A stretch of 46,893 nt of DNA from Coniocarpon cinnabarinum. Its lineage: Eukaryota. The position numbers were made by a program, and so were the translations under genes. Numbering within the stretch: position 1 is the stretch's first letter; each line of letters opens with the position of its first letter. Below are positions 32,423 to 44,125 of this stretch, piece after piece. Below the pieces are notes generated by a model, which saw only the letters and a program-made list of their open reading frames with translations, was not told the origin of the DNA and did no database searches. The DNA is taken from positions 1 to 46,893 of the forward strand of contig JAVECO010000174.1 of assembly GCA_051942205.1 (NCBI GenBank), read 5' to 3'.

Positions 32423-33540
32423 TGTGAAGCTATTAGCCGGGGGTCCGGGGAGCTGATTACGCAATCATGCAAGCTAAGGATCAGGGCGCAATCGTCGATA
32501 TCAACACAGCAATGTTCAAGAGCTTGAGGGCGGTGCGGTAGAAGTAATGACAGTCTTGCACGTAGTAAGATGGCATGGGGACTCGATCTTGTCTCTTTGA
32601 GTGCCTATGGAATGTCGACAAAAGGGAATCAACGAAGGGGGCAACAAGGATTACGGGAGATCTATGGGGCAGCTTCGCGTGTTCAAGTGTTCTTGCTGGT
32701 GTTCGACCAGAGCTGGAGAAAAGGAAGGAGGACTAGCTTAGCACATGCCAAACGTCATGAGCTTCAACGGCCGAGACGGGCGGCAGGTGAGCGTTCCAGC
32801 CTCTGGGTGTGACCACGGGACCGCGGTGCGGAAAGGTCAAGGCATGTCCTGTCGACGCGCGAGGGAGAAGAAGAACGCGTAGGCCTCACCTGAACTGCCT
32901 CCTCATGCACTAGTCTCCACGGTTACAACGAAGTAACTTTCCCGAAAGGCGATCTCGCGGCCAACGCGTGGGGTAGGACGTTTCGGCCTGCGTTGTACAG
33001 AGGATGAAAGAGGTATGTGGATGGCTCAAGGTATTGTTTGGCCGAGGGTGAGGAGGACAAGGATCAACGGATCAGCGCAGCGGCAGTTTCAAGATCCATG
33101 ATTGAGCAGCGTGTTCGTGAAATCAGACTTGACTGATATCGAGGCTGAGGAAGTTTTGCTGCTGATTGAGAGGTCGGGCAAGTCAAAGAGCATGCTGCGG
33201 TGTTCATATGCTCCCGTCACCTCTCAACGGGGTAGATTACACACGTCCACAGCACATTCAGACCTGATGAGCTGCTATGCCGGGCTGCTGCATTGAGTGC
33301 GGAGCTGCCTGAAGGGGAAGAGGTCTAGAATGATGTCAAGGGAGAGCCGCATGACGGACTGACGGAGGAAAAGATGAAGCCCCGCACTCGACCGCGCCAA
33401 GCTTCTTTTTTCGCCCCTGCATGTCCCGCTATAGCCTTTGTGGGCCTAGCGCATCCGCAGACCCAGCCGAAAGTCCGAGACGACATGCAAATCGCTATCA
33501 ATCTAACCCTTACCCTGGCTTGGTTGGATGCCCTTTGACA

Positions 33541-34788
33541 ATGACTGACCTCCTCACGGTCGTGCCCGAACTCCAGTTGTCTGCCTTCTCCAACATCGTC
33601 CCCTCGCTCGAACGCAGCAGCGTCACAGCGACTGACCTCCTGACACTAGATGCTGTCGATATCGCTAAGCAGGCACAGGTCCCGGCGCGTGACGTCCGTC
33701 GCCTTGCATCTGCTCTGTTAGACGCGGTTCATGCTCACGTAGAACCCGACCAAGACCGAGCGAATGCCGGTCCAGGACACAGCGTCCCAAGGACGAACGG
33801 ACGTCTTCTGGCAGAAGGCTGGACCGCTGTGAGCACGCTCGACGATGGCCTTGATCGAGCTCTGGGTGGTGGGTTCTCACTGGGCCATCTATGCGAGATT
33901 ACTGGCGAGAGCGGCGCAGGCAAGACACAGCTGCTGTTGACATTACTGCTCTCGATCCAGCGTCCACCACCCTGTGGGCTGTCCAAGTCTGCCATCTACA
34001 TCTCTACCGAGGCTGCGCTTCAGACGGCCCGGCTGGATCAGATCGCCAATAACCACCCTCGACTCTCATCGCTTTCCCCCGATGAAAGACCTTCCCTGAG
34101 TCGAGTTTTGAGCATTCAAGTCCCGGACATCGAGTCGCAGGATCATATTTTGCGCTACCAACTACCCATAGCCATCAAGCGGCATAACATCGGCCTCGTT
34201 GTTGTCGACAGCATTACTGCCAATTTCCGAGCAGAATTTGAGCGGCGAGATGTTGGGCGAGCTGGTCCTGAGACGATGGCTAGGCGGAGTGCACACTTGA
34301 TGGAGACGGCAGGCATCCTACGCGATCTAGCAAGGAATCACAACATGGCAGTCGTGGTCGCCAATCAGGTGGCAGACCGATTCCCGTCTGGCTCGACCTC
34401 TATGCCTTCACTGTCACAGGGTCAGTCATTTTCGCAGCGGAGTCGTGATGCGGGTAGTGGCTGGGAGAGTCCAGCGCCAGAGGAAGATGAAACGGACGCG
34501 CAGCAGGTGCTGACGCTTGATCAGCAGCAGCGCTGGTTTACAGGATGGGGAGATACAGCTGCTTCATCATCCAGTGTCGATGGCAGAATGAAGACACCTT
34601 CATTGGGCTTAGTCTGGACTAACCAGCTGACGTGTCGTGTGGCGTTGAGAAGGCAACGACGAGCTGGGGAAAGAAGATTGAAGGTCGTTTTTGCACCCTG
34701 GGCTAGAGATGCCGCTGGTGAGCAGGGTGTCAAGTTCAGGATTGGCGAGCAGGGACTTTGGACAGACGTCAAAGAGGAACAGAAGTGA
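33541..34788 (+). CDS. RAD57: Rad51 paralog Rad57/Rhp57 (XRCC3-like) DNA repair protein
   Basis: Likely start MTDLL at 33541; Walker A EITGESGAGKTQ, YISTEAAL, QDHILRYQLP, Walker B LVVVDSITANFR, VVVANQVADRF, LTLDQQQRWFTGWGD, KTPSLGLVWTNQ. Confidence 0.92.
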   Translation: MTDLLTVVPELQLSAFSNIVPSLERSSVTATDLLTLDAVDIAKQAQVPARDVRRLASALLDAVHAHVEPDQDRANAGPGHSVPRTNGRLLAEGWTAVSTLDDGLDRALGGGFSLGHLCEITGESGAGKTQLLLTLLLSIQRPPPCGLSKSAIYISTEAALQTARLDQIANNHPRLSSLSPDERPSLSRVLSIQVPDIESQDHILRYQLPIAIKRHNIGLVVVDSITANFRAEFERRDVGRAGPETMARRSAHLMETAGILRDLARNHNMAVVVANQVADRFPSGSTSMPSLSQGQSFSQRSRDAGSGWESPAPEEDETDAQQVLTLDQQQRWFTGWGDTAASSSSVDGRMKTPSLGLVWTNQLTCRVALRRQRRAGERRLKVVFAPWARDAAGEQGVKFRIGEQGLWTDVKEEQK

Positions 34789-35073
34789 GCTGAACACGTC
34801 CGACGAGTTTTGTACAAAGTACAGCTTCTCTCTTGCACTGGTATTTAGCTCTTGTCTGCGGTAGATCCATGTTCGTACGCACGTTCGATAGGTATTGTCT
34901 GTTGCAATCCTTCCATTTCATGTTTGACAAGTGACGTCATTTTCGAGATTCATGAAACCAATGGAAATATCTCGAGTCTCTGAGCACATACATTGCAGCG
35001 CGAGGAGTTTTCGTTTCGCTCATCATCAACGCTCCTAAACTGAACGGCACTGCGCTGGCGCAAAATATTTTTC

Positions 35074-37014
35074 ATGATCAGTCGCTTCTCATATCAAACC
35101 CGTGCAAATCTTCGCATCGCCCAAATGTCCTCTCACCTCACCAGCCCCGCGCACACTAATGGCATTCATACCACTGGCCTTCCACTCCGAGACCTACCCA
35201 AATCATCAACTTTAACATCTAATCTACCTGCCGATCCAGACTTCCCCACACCAATCTCCTCGCACAAAACGCCCCGCAAAGAGATTGGTCCAAAGCTTGT
35301 CAAAAATGCACTTTATACCTACGTTCGACCGGACACGCATGAACAGACCGAGCTTCTCTCAGTATCACCGCGCGCTTTGCGAGATCTAGGAATACGGCAA
35401 GGAGATGAGAAGACGCAGGAGTTTCGTGATACCGTTTCCGGCAACCGCATCACGACGTGGGACGAAAGCACTGAGGAGGGTATTTACCCATGGGCGCAAT
35501 GCTATGGAGGCTTTCAATTCGGATCCTGGGCCGCACAGCTGGGCGATGGCCGCGCCATATCTCTCTTCGAAACGACGAACCCTTCCACACGAAAACGCTA
35601 CGAGCTTCAGCTGAAAGGAGCTGGCCGGACACCTTACTCACGCTTTGCGGACGGAAAAGCCGTCTTGCGGAGCAGCATACGTGAGTACGTAGTGAGCGAA
35701 GCGCTCAACGCCCTTGGGATACCAACGACAAGAGCACTGAGTTTGACATTACTACCCAAAGAGCAGGTGGTGAGGGAACGAATGGAGCCAGCGGCGATTG
35801 TGGCGCGGTTTGCGGAGAGTTGGATCAGACTTGGTACGTTTGACTTGCTGCGAAGTCGAGGTTATCGAAAAGAGACGAGAATCTTAGGGCACTACGTTGC
35901 TGAGCATGTGCTTGGTGGATGGGAGGCATTGCCGGGCCGAGTACCAGCCGAAGAGGTCAAGGATACATCCATGGAGGTATTCGAGGTGAAGCGTGGTGTA
36001 TCGAGAGATACGCTAGAGGGTCCACAAGGCCAAGAAGAGAACCGCTTTGCACGAATGTACAGGGAAGTCGTCAGGCGCAATGCGGCGACAGTGGCGAAGT
36101 GGCAAGTCTATGGGTTTATGAATGGTGTACTAAACACAGACAACACATCCATCTACGGTTTATCGATCGACTATGGGCCCTTCGCGTTTATGGACAATTT
36201 TGACCCAGACTATACACCTAACCATGACGACCACATGCTCCGCTATAGCTACAGAAACCAGCCCAGCATCATTTGGTGGAATCTGGTAAGATTAGGAGAA
36301 GACCTGGGCGAGTTGATTGGAGCCGGTGCTGGCGTCGATGACGAAACGTTCGTCGAGAAAGGAGTGGAACAGGATGATGCCGAAGGTCTTATCAAGCGAG
36401 CTGAATCTGTCATCAAACGTGCGGGTCAAGAATACGGGGCTGTCTTCATGCAAGAGTACAAGAAAGGCATGTCCGCTCGCTTCGGACTGAGGTCGCAAAA
36501 TCCAGACGACTTTCAGAACCTGTTCTCGGAGTGGCTAGATACGCTCGAAGCGTTGCAGTTGGATTTCAATCAAAGTTTTCGCAAGCTTTGTGATGTACGT
36601 ATTGCTGAGCTGGAGATGGAGGAGCAGCGCAGAGAAGTGGCGGGTCGCTTCTTTCACGCGGAAGGCGTAACAGGTGTCGGCGAGAACGACGGGTCCGCGA
36701 GGAACAGGCTGGCAAAATGGCTGGACTCGTGGCGCACCCGAATAGCGGAAGATTGGGGGAAGAGTCCTGAGTCTGAAGAGCAAAGACAAGCAGGAATGAG
36801 AAAGGTGAATCCGAAATTCACTCCTAAAGGCTGGGTGTTGGACGAAATCATCGCTCGGGTTGAGAAAAAGGCCGAAAGAGATGTTCTGAGAAGAGTGATG
36901 GACATGTCTCTGCGACCGTTTGAGGAGAAATGGGAGGGTCACGAAGATGAGGAGAGATGGTGTGGGGATGTGCCCAGGTATAATCGGGCGATGCAATGTA
37001 GTTGCAGCTCTTGA
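35074..37014 (+). CDS. FMP40: SelO-family protein adenylyltransferase (UPF0061, mitochondrial Fmp40)
   Basis: YGGFQFGSWAAQLGDGRA, LQLKGAGRTPYSRFADGKAVLRSSIRE, GFMNGVLNTDN, DYGPFAF, C-terminal CSCSS; basic N-terminal leader. Confidence 0.95.
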   Translation: MISRFSYQTRANLRIAQMSSHLTSPAHTNGIHTTGLPLRDLPKSSTLTSNLPADPDFPTPISSHKTPRKEIGPKLVKNALYTYVRPDTHEQTELLSVSPRALRDLGIRQGDEKTQEFRDTVSGNRITTWDESTEEGIYPWAQCYGGFQFGSWAAQLGDGRAISLFETTNPSTRKRYELQLKGAGRTPYSRFADGKAVLRSSIREYVVSEALNALGIPTTRALSLTLLPKEQVVRERMEPAAIVARFAESWIRLGTFDLLRSRGYRKETRILGHYVAEHVLGGWEALPGRVPAEEVKDTSMEVFEVKRGVSRDTLEGPQGQEENRFARMYREVVRRNAATVAKWQVYGFMNGVLNTDNTSIYGLSIDYGPFAFMDNFDPDYTPNHDDHMLRYSYRNQPSIIWWNLVRLGEDLGELIGAGAGVDDETFVEKGVEQDDAEGLIKRAESVIKRAGQEYGAVFMQEYKKGMSARFGLRSQNPDDFQNLFSEWLDTLEALQLDFNQSFRKLCDVRIAELEMEEQRREVAGRFFHAEGVTGVGENDGSARNRLAKWLDSWRTRIAEDWGKSPESEEQRQAGMRKVNPKFTPKGWVLDEIIARVEKKAERDVLRRVMDMSLRPFEEKWEGHEDEERWCGDVPRYNRAMQCSCSS

Positions 37015-37098
37015 GTGACTGCAATCACGTTGGCATGATTGTATGAATACTGTATGCACTATCCAAATCATTGGTGAGCGTCGGCGTACGCTCCATTG

Positions 37099-38499
37099 TT
37101 ATATGAACTCGACACTGCGCTCCCAATGTTCGAGGCCATCTTGTTTGAACTCAACCCCGTCACCAAAGTATCCAGCTTCATTCCATGCTTTCATCGTCGG
37201 CCCGTCATAAGGCCCATGATGCGTGCCTCCGTCTCGAGCGTCCGCCCATCTATAATGCCACATCTTCCCGGCGTCATGGTTGCTCTCGTCGTTCGCCTCC
37301 TCCTTTGGATCTGGCTCCGGATCTCTCCACGCATTCCCGGTCTCATTCTTATACTGCCTCTCTAATAATTCTCGTTCCGAATCATATATCTCTGTCTGAC
37401 CTCGTGTCATGAGCGCGTCCGCCGCGCTAGTCAGAGCTTCAACATGATATTTTCTCCTCTTCTCAGCCGAGTCATCGGTATCACCGTTGACCGCCTTTTC
37501 TTCGCCGTCGAGATCCATTTCTCCTTTTCTTCGATTCTTCTTGAACGCGGCCTTCTTTTCCTTCTTCCCTCTTCCTAATCGCTGCAACGCCTCGAGTGCG
37601 GTCTCACCAACTTCCAACACCTCAATCATACGCCCAAGCAGCTCACCCGTTCCCACCGCATCATCAGCCAAATCACGCTCTCGCCGCTCTTTTTCCCGAT
37701 CCTCCTCCGCCTTCGCCGCCTTTCGCATCGCCGCTTTGCTGCTATTCCCCTCCATCCACGCATCATGCACCGCAAAAGGATCCTTTGCGTTGCGAACGAA
37801 GTTGCCGCTCGCGTCGAATCGACCTTCCTCGGCTTCATTGCGCATGTGAAATGCATCCAGCCGTGGCGCATGTCGCTTCTTGCTCCCAGCGCCTAACTCT
37901 TCGTCTATGTCGCCTTCCAGCGCGTCTCGTCGCTCGTCTCCGCCTTCAGACTCGTCGTCACTGCTCGTCTCGTGCTCGTTCGTCGTCTTGTCTGGCCCCA
38001 CTGAGAAATCGGCGCTCACGTGCCCTCCTGCTTTGGAGCTTCCGACTTGTCCTTCAATCTCACTGTTCTCCATGAATCGCACCTCCTTCCGCTTCTTCCC
38101 CTCGCGCGCTAAGTCCTCGTCATCATCTCCGTCCGCACCGACCTCTGCTTCTTCAACATCCGCAAACATATCTTCCTGTTCCTCATCTTTGCTCTTCGCG
38201 TCTCTTTCGGCTTTTCGTTGCGATCGGACTTTCTCTTCCGCGCGGACATCAAAGTTCTCTTGTGATGAGTCGGAGTCGTAACCCTCAAGCTTTACGGCAT
38301 TGCGTTTAGCGGTCAGGCCGGCACGGCCGATCTCATCGAGCTCGAGGAGCGCATCTTCATCTGGTGCTTCGGACGCGAGTGTAGAGGGGTTGCGGTGGTC
38401 GAATTTGGCTTTTTTGGATGGCGCAGCATCGGAGGCTGTAGGCGCGCCGGAGAGGGTTTCGCGTGAAGCGTCACCATGGGCGGCGCGTTTGAGTCCCAT
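37099..38499 (-). CDS. LIN1: LIN1/CD2BP2 (U5-52K) GYF-domain protein
   Basis: KFDHRNPSTLA, KRNAVKLEGYDSDS, LDAFHMRNEAEEGRFDASGNFVR, LEVGETALEALQRL, C-terminal GYF domain (HGPYDGPTMKAWNEAGYF). Confidence 0.88.
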   Translation of the reverse strand: MGLKRAAHGDASRETLSGAPTASDAAPSKKAKFDHRNPSTLASEAPDEDALLELDEIGRAGLTAKRNAVKLEGYDSDSSQENFDVRAEEKVRSQRKAERDAKSKDEEQEDMFADVEEAEVGADGDDDEDLAREGKKRKEVRFMENSEIEGQVGSSKAGGHVSADFSVGPDKTTNEHETSSDDESEGGDERRDALEGDIDEELGAGSKKRHAPRLDAFHMRNEAEEGRFDASGNFVRNAKDPFAVHDAWMEGNSSKAAMRKAAKAEEDREKERRERDLADDAVGTGELLGRMIEVLEVGETALEALQRLGRGKKEKKAAFKKNRRKGEMDLDGEEKAVNGDTDDSAEKRRKYHVEALTSAADALMTRGQTEIYDSERELLERQYKNETGNAWRDPEPDPKEEANDESNHDAGKMWHYRWADARDGGTHHGPYDGPTMKAWNEAGYFGDGVEFKQDGLEHWERSVEFI

Positions 38500-38689
38500 C
38501 TGTGTCTCACAAATGAGATGCCAAAGTCGCAGTTAAACGTAACATAGATCACTGTAAGAGAAGATCGGTGGTGCGACCAGCGATGAGAAGAGCTCAGAAT
38601 TGGTGCGAATAATCACGTGATATCTCCTCTATATACTCCCCGCGCGTGCTAGAATTATGCTTTGAATCTTTCTACAGTGTAGATCCTCA

Positions 38690-39418
38690 ATGGATAAGGT
38701 CTAGTACTAGCCTCTTGGTCATGATCGCTTATGACACATCTGCTGCGTTTTGGGTCAGATTGGGAGAAATATGCGATCATTAAAAGCACAACTTGCACCC
38801 GTGCTCGAGACCGCTCGTCTGCATCTGGAGCTCTTCGACTATTTAGATGCTCACTACGATGTATTGCTCACAGCCATGAACAGCCCAACAGCACACGCTC
38901 GCATGGGAGATTTCGGGATTCGTTCCCCAGCACAATTCGATGAGCTCAATCGCAGCACGCGCTTGTCTCCTACCGTCTTTGGGAGCTCCACTGAAGATTT
39001 AAATGTGGACATTGACATCTACTACCTGATGCGGCTGAAGACTGATAGTGCCGTGAGTCATGACTGGCCGCTCATTGGCGGCGTCTCGCTCGCACAGCGG
39101 AAGTCCGATCTGCCACCAGATGCAGGATGGGCTGTGTTGGAGTCACACCACGGGCATGGATATGCGGCGGAGGCAGCGCGAGGTCTGCTCAGGTACGCAC
39201 GGCATGACCTAGGTATCATGGAGATCATGGCCTGGCCAGGGACTCAGAACGAGCCAAGCGTCCGTACAGCACAGAAAGCGGGCTTTCAGTTTGGAGGTCA
39301 CATGGCGAGCGGCGATGATAAACCGCAGCTTGTCTATATACTTCCAGGCATGGACTTCGAAAAGATTAGAGGTAAGACAATATCCCTGTTTGGCGAGCAG
39401 GAAACTGGACAGAGGTGA
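38690..39418 (+). CDS. GNAT N-acetyltransferase, RimJ/RimL-like (possible intron 38699-38758; alternative start 38771)
   Basis: LETARLHLELF, IGGVSL, PPDAGWAVLESHHGHGYAAEAARGLL, NEPSVRTAQKAGF. Confidence 0.8.
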
Positions 39419-40308
39419 GCGCGGTGTAAGAGCATGATAAGTGTCTTGTATCATCTGTCCAAACACGAGCTCTCTCAGTCGCATCTAAATCACTGAGCGA
39501 GGTGATGCTCTTTTGGGGACCCAATTTGCTCTTGCCTGGCCCTCCTGGAAAAGCTTGCTTAGTGGATCAGGTGGATCAGGTGGATCAGTACAATTCGTGG
39601 ATCAGCGATCCTGTTTGCCTATAGCCTTCGGGCAAAGCTTGCTAGAGGATCACCATACGCCTGTACAACAACAGTGACCACGCTCACGAACATACTGTAC
39701 TTTCATCGCTCCGCAACTGTGACTGGGTTTGCCGAAGTGCATGTTTCTCCACTTGTGCTGTGACCTCATATGGCACGACGGCTTCCGTTTGCGGCCTTCT
39801 TCTCCCCCAGAACCGCGCAATGACGCACGACCCCAGCCTCGTTGAAGTTTCCGAGCGGTGTGCCTTCGAGACACTTTTTGACTAGGTTGAATCGCCTTCT
39901 GTCGCTAAACAGAGCGGCTCCCACGGATGAGAACAGCAGTGGCCGAGTCACCTAGGTCTTGAGCCTGCCAGATATGGAAACAGATTCCAGCGGTGGCCAA
40001 TGGCAGCAATGCCGTTCGGAAACAGTGAGTTTTCGTCAACGGCTCTCTGGACTCGCGACAGAGAGTTTGCAAGCCTGCTCAAATTAGCCATAGACATCAT
40101 CCTGCAGCATAGCGATGCAGGTGTGAAGTCTCAAGGATGCCAAAATGGCTCTGTGGGGCGGTGACAGAGGGCATACAAGTACCTTCAAGATTAGTCCATG
40201 CGCGATGTTTTAAGCAGAATGATTCAGGTATAAAGTTTCAAAGGTGCCAGGCCACTCTTCTCACATCTCTACGTGCTCATGCAGCCACGGAAGATTATGC
40301 ATACACGC

Positions 40309-42349
40309 ATGTTGCCTGCTCCTGCATGTTTCCTAGTCAGCGTCATCCTCCCTATCAGCTACGCGGCTCTCCAGTTCGATCCCCTTCAGTCCATAGGCAA
40401 CCTCGGCAGCCATTTTGGCTATCCGGGGAATGCTACCTTTGACTATGTCATTGTCGGTGGCGGGACAGCTGGTCTTGCCATGGCCAATCGCCTCTCTGCA
40501 GATGGATCAACTGTGGCTGTTGTGGAAGCGGGCAGCTTCTATGAGCTTGACAACGGCAATCGCACCGCCGTGCCCGCTCGAAGCCTGGCTGGTACTGGCA
40601 ACAATCCTGCACCATACAGTGTCAACCCAAAGATCGATTGGATGCAGCGTACAGAGCCCCAACCTGCGCTTAATGGATTGGAAGCGCTTTATCCATCAGG
40701 TAAGACGCTCGGCGGGAGTTCAGCGCGGAACTACGAAGTATATCAGCGTGGGACGGTAGAGTCATATCAAATGTGGGCGGATGCGGTCGATGATCAAAGC
40801 TATACTTTCGACAATTTGCTACCGTTCTTCAAAAAGTCGGTGACTGCGCACCCGCCTGAAACGGCCGCCTTGCCAAACAACCTCAGTGTCGGTTTCAACG
40901 CATCATCGTTTGGACCAAACGGTGGCAATGGCCCTGTGCAGGTATCTTATCCTGCTTGGACCAACGCGTTTGAATCATGGGCCGGGCCAGCACTGAACGA
41001 AATAGGTGTGCCTACGATAGAGGACCTCGAGTCGGGCCACTTGCTCGGTTTTGCGTACCCAAGATCTACGCAGGACCCAGCCACTCAAGAGCGTTCGTCC
41101 GCTGAAAGTGCTTATTTGCGCCATGCCATGGTCAATCCTGATAGCCTTGGTCTTGTCGTATTTACGAACAGCTATGGAAGGAGGATCCTATTTGACGACA
41201 CCAAGTGCGCTATCGGTGTCATCGTTAGCACTTTCGGACAAGAATACACCCTCTCAGCAAGTAAGGAAGTTATTGTCTCTGCAGGCGCTATACGCTCACC
41301 ACAACTGTTGATGGTGTCCGGCATTGGACCACGGGCAACGCTTGAGTCTTTGGATATTCCAGTCATTTCTGATCGACCCGCTGTGGGACAAAACATGTGG
41401 GATCACGTCCTTTTCGGCCCCTCCTGGCGCGTCAATCTCATCACTCATTCCATTCTCCATTACGACGAGGATTTTACCGCCCAGGCTGTGGACGAGTACA
41501 ACAATAACCGCACTGGGATGATGACCAGCCTTGGAGGGGGACTTCTCGGATGGGAAAAGATCCCGGCACATCTCCGACAGAACTTGCGACCAGAGACAGT
41601 GCAGGCTCTGGATACACAATTTCCTGCTGATTGGCCAGAAGTCGAGTTCCTGGTCGAGGATGCATGGATAGGCTATCAGACTGACACTTTGCTGGGGGCT
41701 CCTCCTTCGACAAACAATTATGTGAGCTTGGCTTTGGCGATCATTACAACATTTTCGCGTGGCAATGTTACTATCAACAGCACGAATACCGAGGTGAACC
41801 CCGTCGTAAGTCCTAATTGGCTGCTCGACGAAAGAGACATGGACATGGTGAGTCTTAAGTCTAGTGAGGCCGGTACTGTACCATCGAGATACTGATGTCG
41901 TTGTGGAAAGGCAATCCAACTCTATCGACGCGCCCGCGAGTTCTTCAATGCAACGTCGCTTCAACCCATACTGCTAGGCGAGGAAGCATTCCCAGGCATG
42001 AATGTCTCGACCGATGCTGAGATTGAGGCGCTCATTCGTCAGAGTGCGAGTACGGTGCATCACGCGGCGTGCACAAGTAAGTCGATCCCTGGTACTGATC
42101 ACATCATTCTGCCTTCTGTGCCCCTTGCTCTTTGAGATTGCTAGGCTAACGTTCGCTGCTGCAGATAAGATGGGTCGGGCTGACGATGACATGGCTGTTG
42201 TTGACTCTCATGCCCGGGTCTTTGGTGTTCAGAAGCTAAGGGTAGTAGACGCGTCTGCAATGCCATTTCTGCCACCCGGGCACCCGCAGGCAACAATTTA
42301 TGCGCTAGCTGAGAAAATCGCAGATCGGATATTGGGGGGCGATGTTTAA
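40309..42349 (+). CDS. Secreted GMC oxidoreductase (AA3_2; introns 41848-41910, 42077-42164)
   Basis: Signal peptide; [105 protein letters not shown]. Confidence 0.92.
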
Positions 42350-42885
42350 TACATCTTGTCGGTCAGCATTTTACACTGTAGAGTATACCTTGTGTGTACA
42401 TAAGCACGACTTCAATGGGAATGAGAGGTCGCTGTCAATGATTCATGCACGTGACTATCATGGGATCGTAGTGGACCCTGAGATGCAGCGACGCGCTCGC
42501 TTACCTGGCTCGTTGTTCCTGAGCGAGCCTTTTTTCGTGCGCTAAGCAACGCGTGCATGTTCGTTTGGTCTTTCGACACCGTGTATTGAGTGTCGTGAAG
42601 GTGATGACTAGATCACTAGGCTCCTGTGACGCAAGCAGAAATACCTTAAGGTCCACGGATGGCGTCTCATGCAAAAATGATGCGCTTGCATCGCTCGCCG
42701 GCTTTGGTATAGCTAAGACTAGGATGCTCACGCTTCCGCCGCATCCGTACACTGGCACCTGATTCCATCGATGAGCTCCGACTTGACGTCCTCTAGGGCA
42801 AAGCGCTGTCAACTCCTTGGGCACCGGGAGCTCATTGCTAACACTTGCGGAGCTCATACCAGACGGAGTGCAAATATTGCATACA

Positions 42886-43575
42886 ATGTCTGTCGCAGTA
42901 GCACCGATGCAAGAGGCCGATCTGCCGCAAGTCGCCGCATTAGCAACTGAGGCCTTTACTCATCGTGGACGGACGGAGTACTTTGGTTCATTGCTGCCTG
43001 GTAAAGAAACGCCCAGCGGGCAAGAAGCGACTGTCCGTCAGTACAGGGAAGAGCTGCAGCAAGCGTATGATCCCAACATCTGCTTGAAAGCCGTGGAACT
43101 GCCAAGTCCCGAGCCACAAGGATGTTGCATGTGTGTCCGGCGTGAGACAGCGCCCACCTCCTTGCCTGGCATGTCGCAATGGCAGTACGCGACACAAGAA
43201 GATCGAGAGTACGCAGAGTACTTGAAGGGAGAGCGCAACAAAGCGGTGCTGAGAGGCTACCAGCAGGTCCGAGCGCCTATGATCCGTATGTGGCCATTAC
43301 TGGCCAAGAGATGTTGACTGACGTGGCCAGAAATCATGACCTTAACCGTGAAGCCTTCACATCAGGGAAAAGGAATGGGCGGCATGCTTTTAGAAGCCAT
43401 CATATCTTGGTGCCGCCACAACCAACACGATGCCGTCGTGGTCTCAGTGCCCGGCGCAGAACCAGTGTATGCCAAGTATGGCTTCAAGACGGTCGAGGAT
43501 GCGTGGCTCCCGTTGCCGGAACGCTGGCAACACCGGCCTCAAGTGAACCTGAAGATGATGGTGTTCAGGAGATGA
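42886..43575 (+). CDS. GNAT N-acetyltransferase (intron 43286-43330)
   Basis: VAPMQEADLPQVAAL; after a GTATGT..CTGAC..CAG intron, acetyl-CoA motif LTVKPSHQGKGMGGMLL and VYAKYGF. Confidence 0.82.
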
Positions 43576-44125
43576 AGGAGGCAAACGGCGAGGGCAACGA
43601 CATGAAATCCAGGGGGTAATTAGGGGGCTTATGTTGATACTACAATGGGTATGTGGTGAGCTGATCGGAGGAGGGTCGGAGCCGTGGCCGTCGGCTGTCA
43701 CGTGCCGTCCCCATTTGAGACCTCGGGCTGGCGGGCGCATCTCCTCCGTTCTGCAGTCATACACTGTACTTAGGTACTCATTCACGCTGACCACCACGCA
43801 CGCGACTTGAGTCCTGTCTGCCTCTCGCTGATAGCTTGGCTGCTGTTTCGCAATCGTCGCCTTGGCTGTACTCGCCTCAGCTTGGTTTCTTACATTGGCC
43901 TCCTACAAAAGCTCTCCTTCCTCCACACACAGACCCATTGGCGTTGCGGGGCACTGTCCGCATTGGTCCTCAAGCATCCTTCACCTGACGCCCCCTTGAA
44001 GCAACTTGATAGGGCTCGACACCGTTTTGATTTCACTTGTCTGTCTTTGAGAGGGATTGTATAACCACACTGGCTATAAGGACATCTGCTAGCGGGCCTT
44101 TGAGCCCCACATACACTCGTTCAAG

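Noticed and set aside
36997..37014. Possible selenocysteine UGA at the end of SelO
   Set aside because: The redox motif is already Cys-encoded (CSCSS) and the TGA follows it as an ordinary stop.
39562..39590. GTGGATCAG x3 repeat
   Set aside because: A simple intergenic minisatellite with no further structure.
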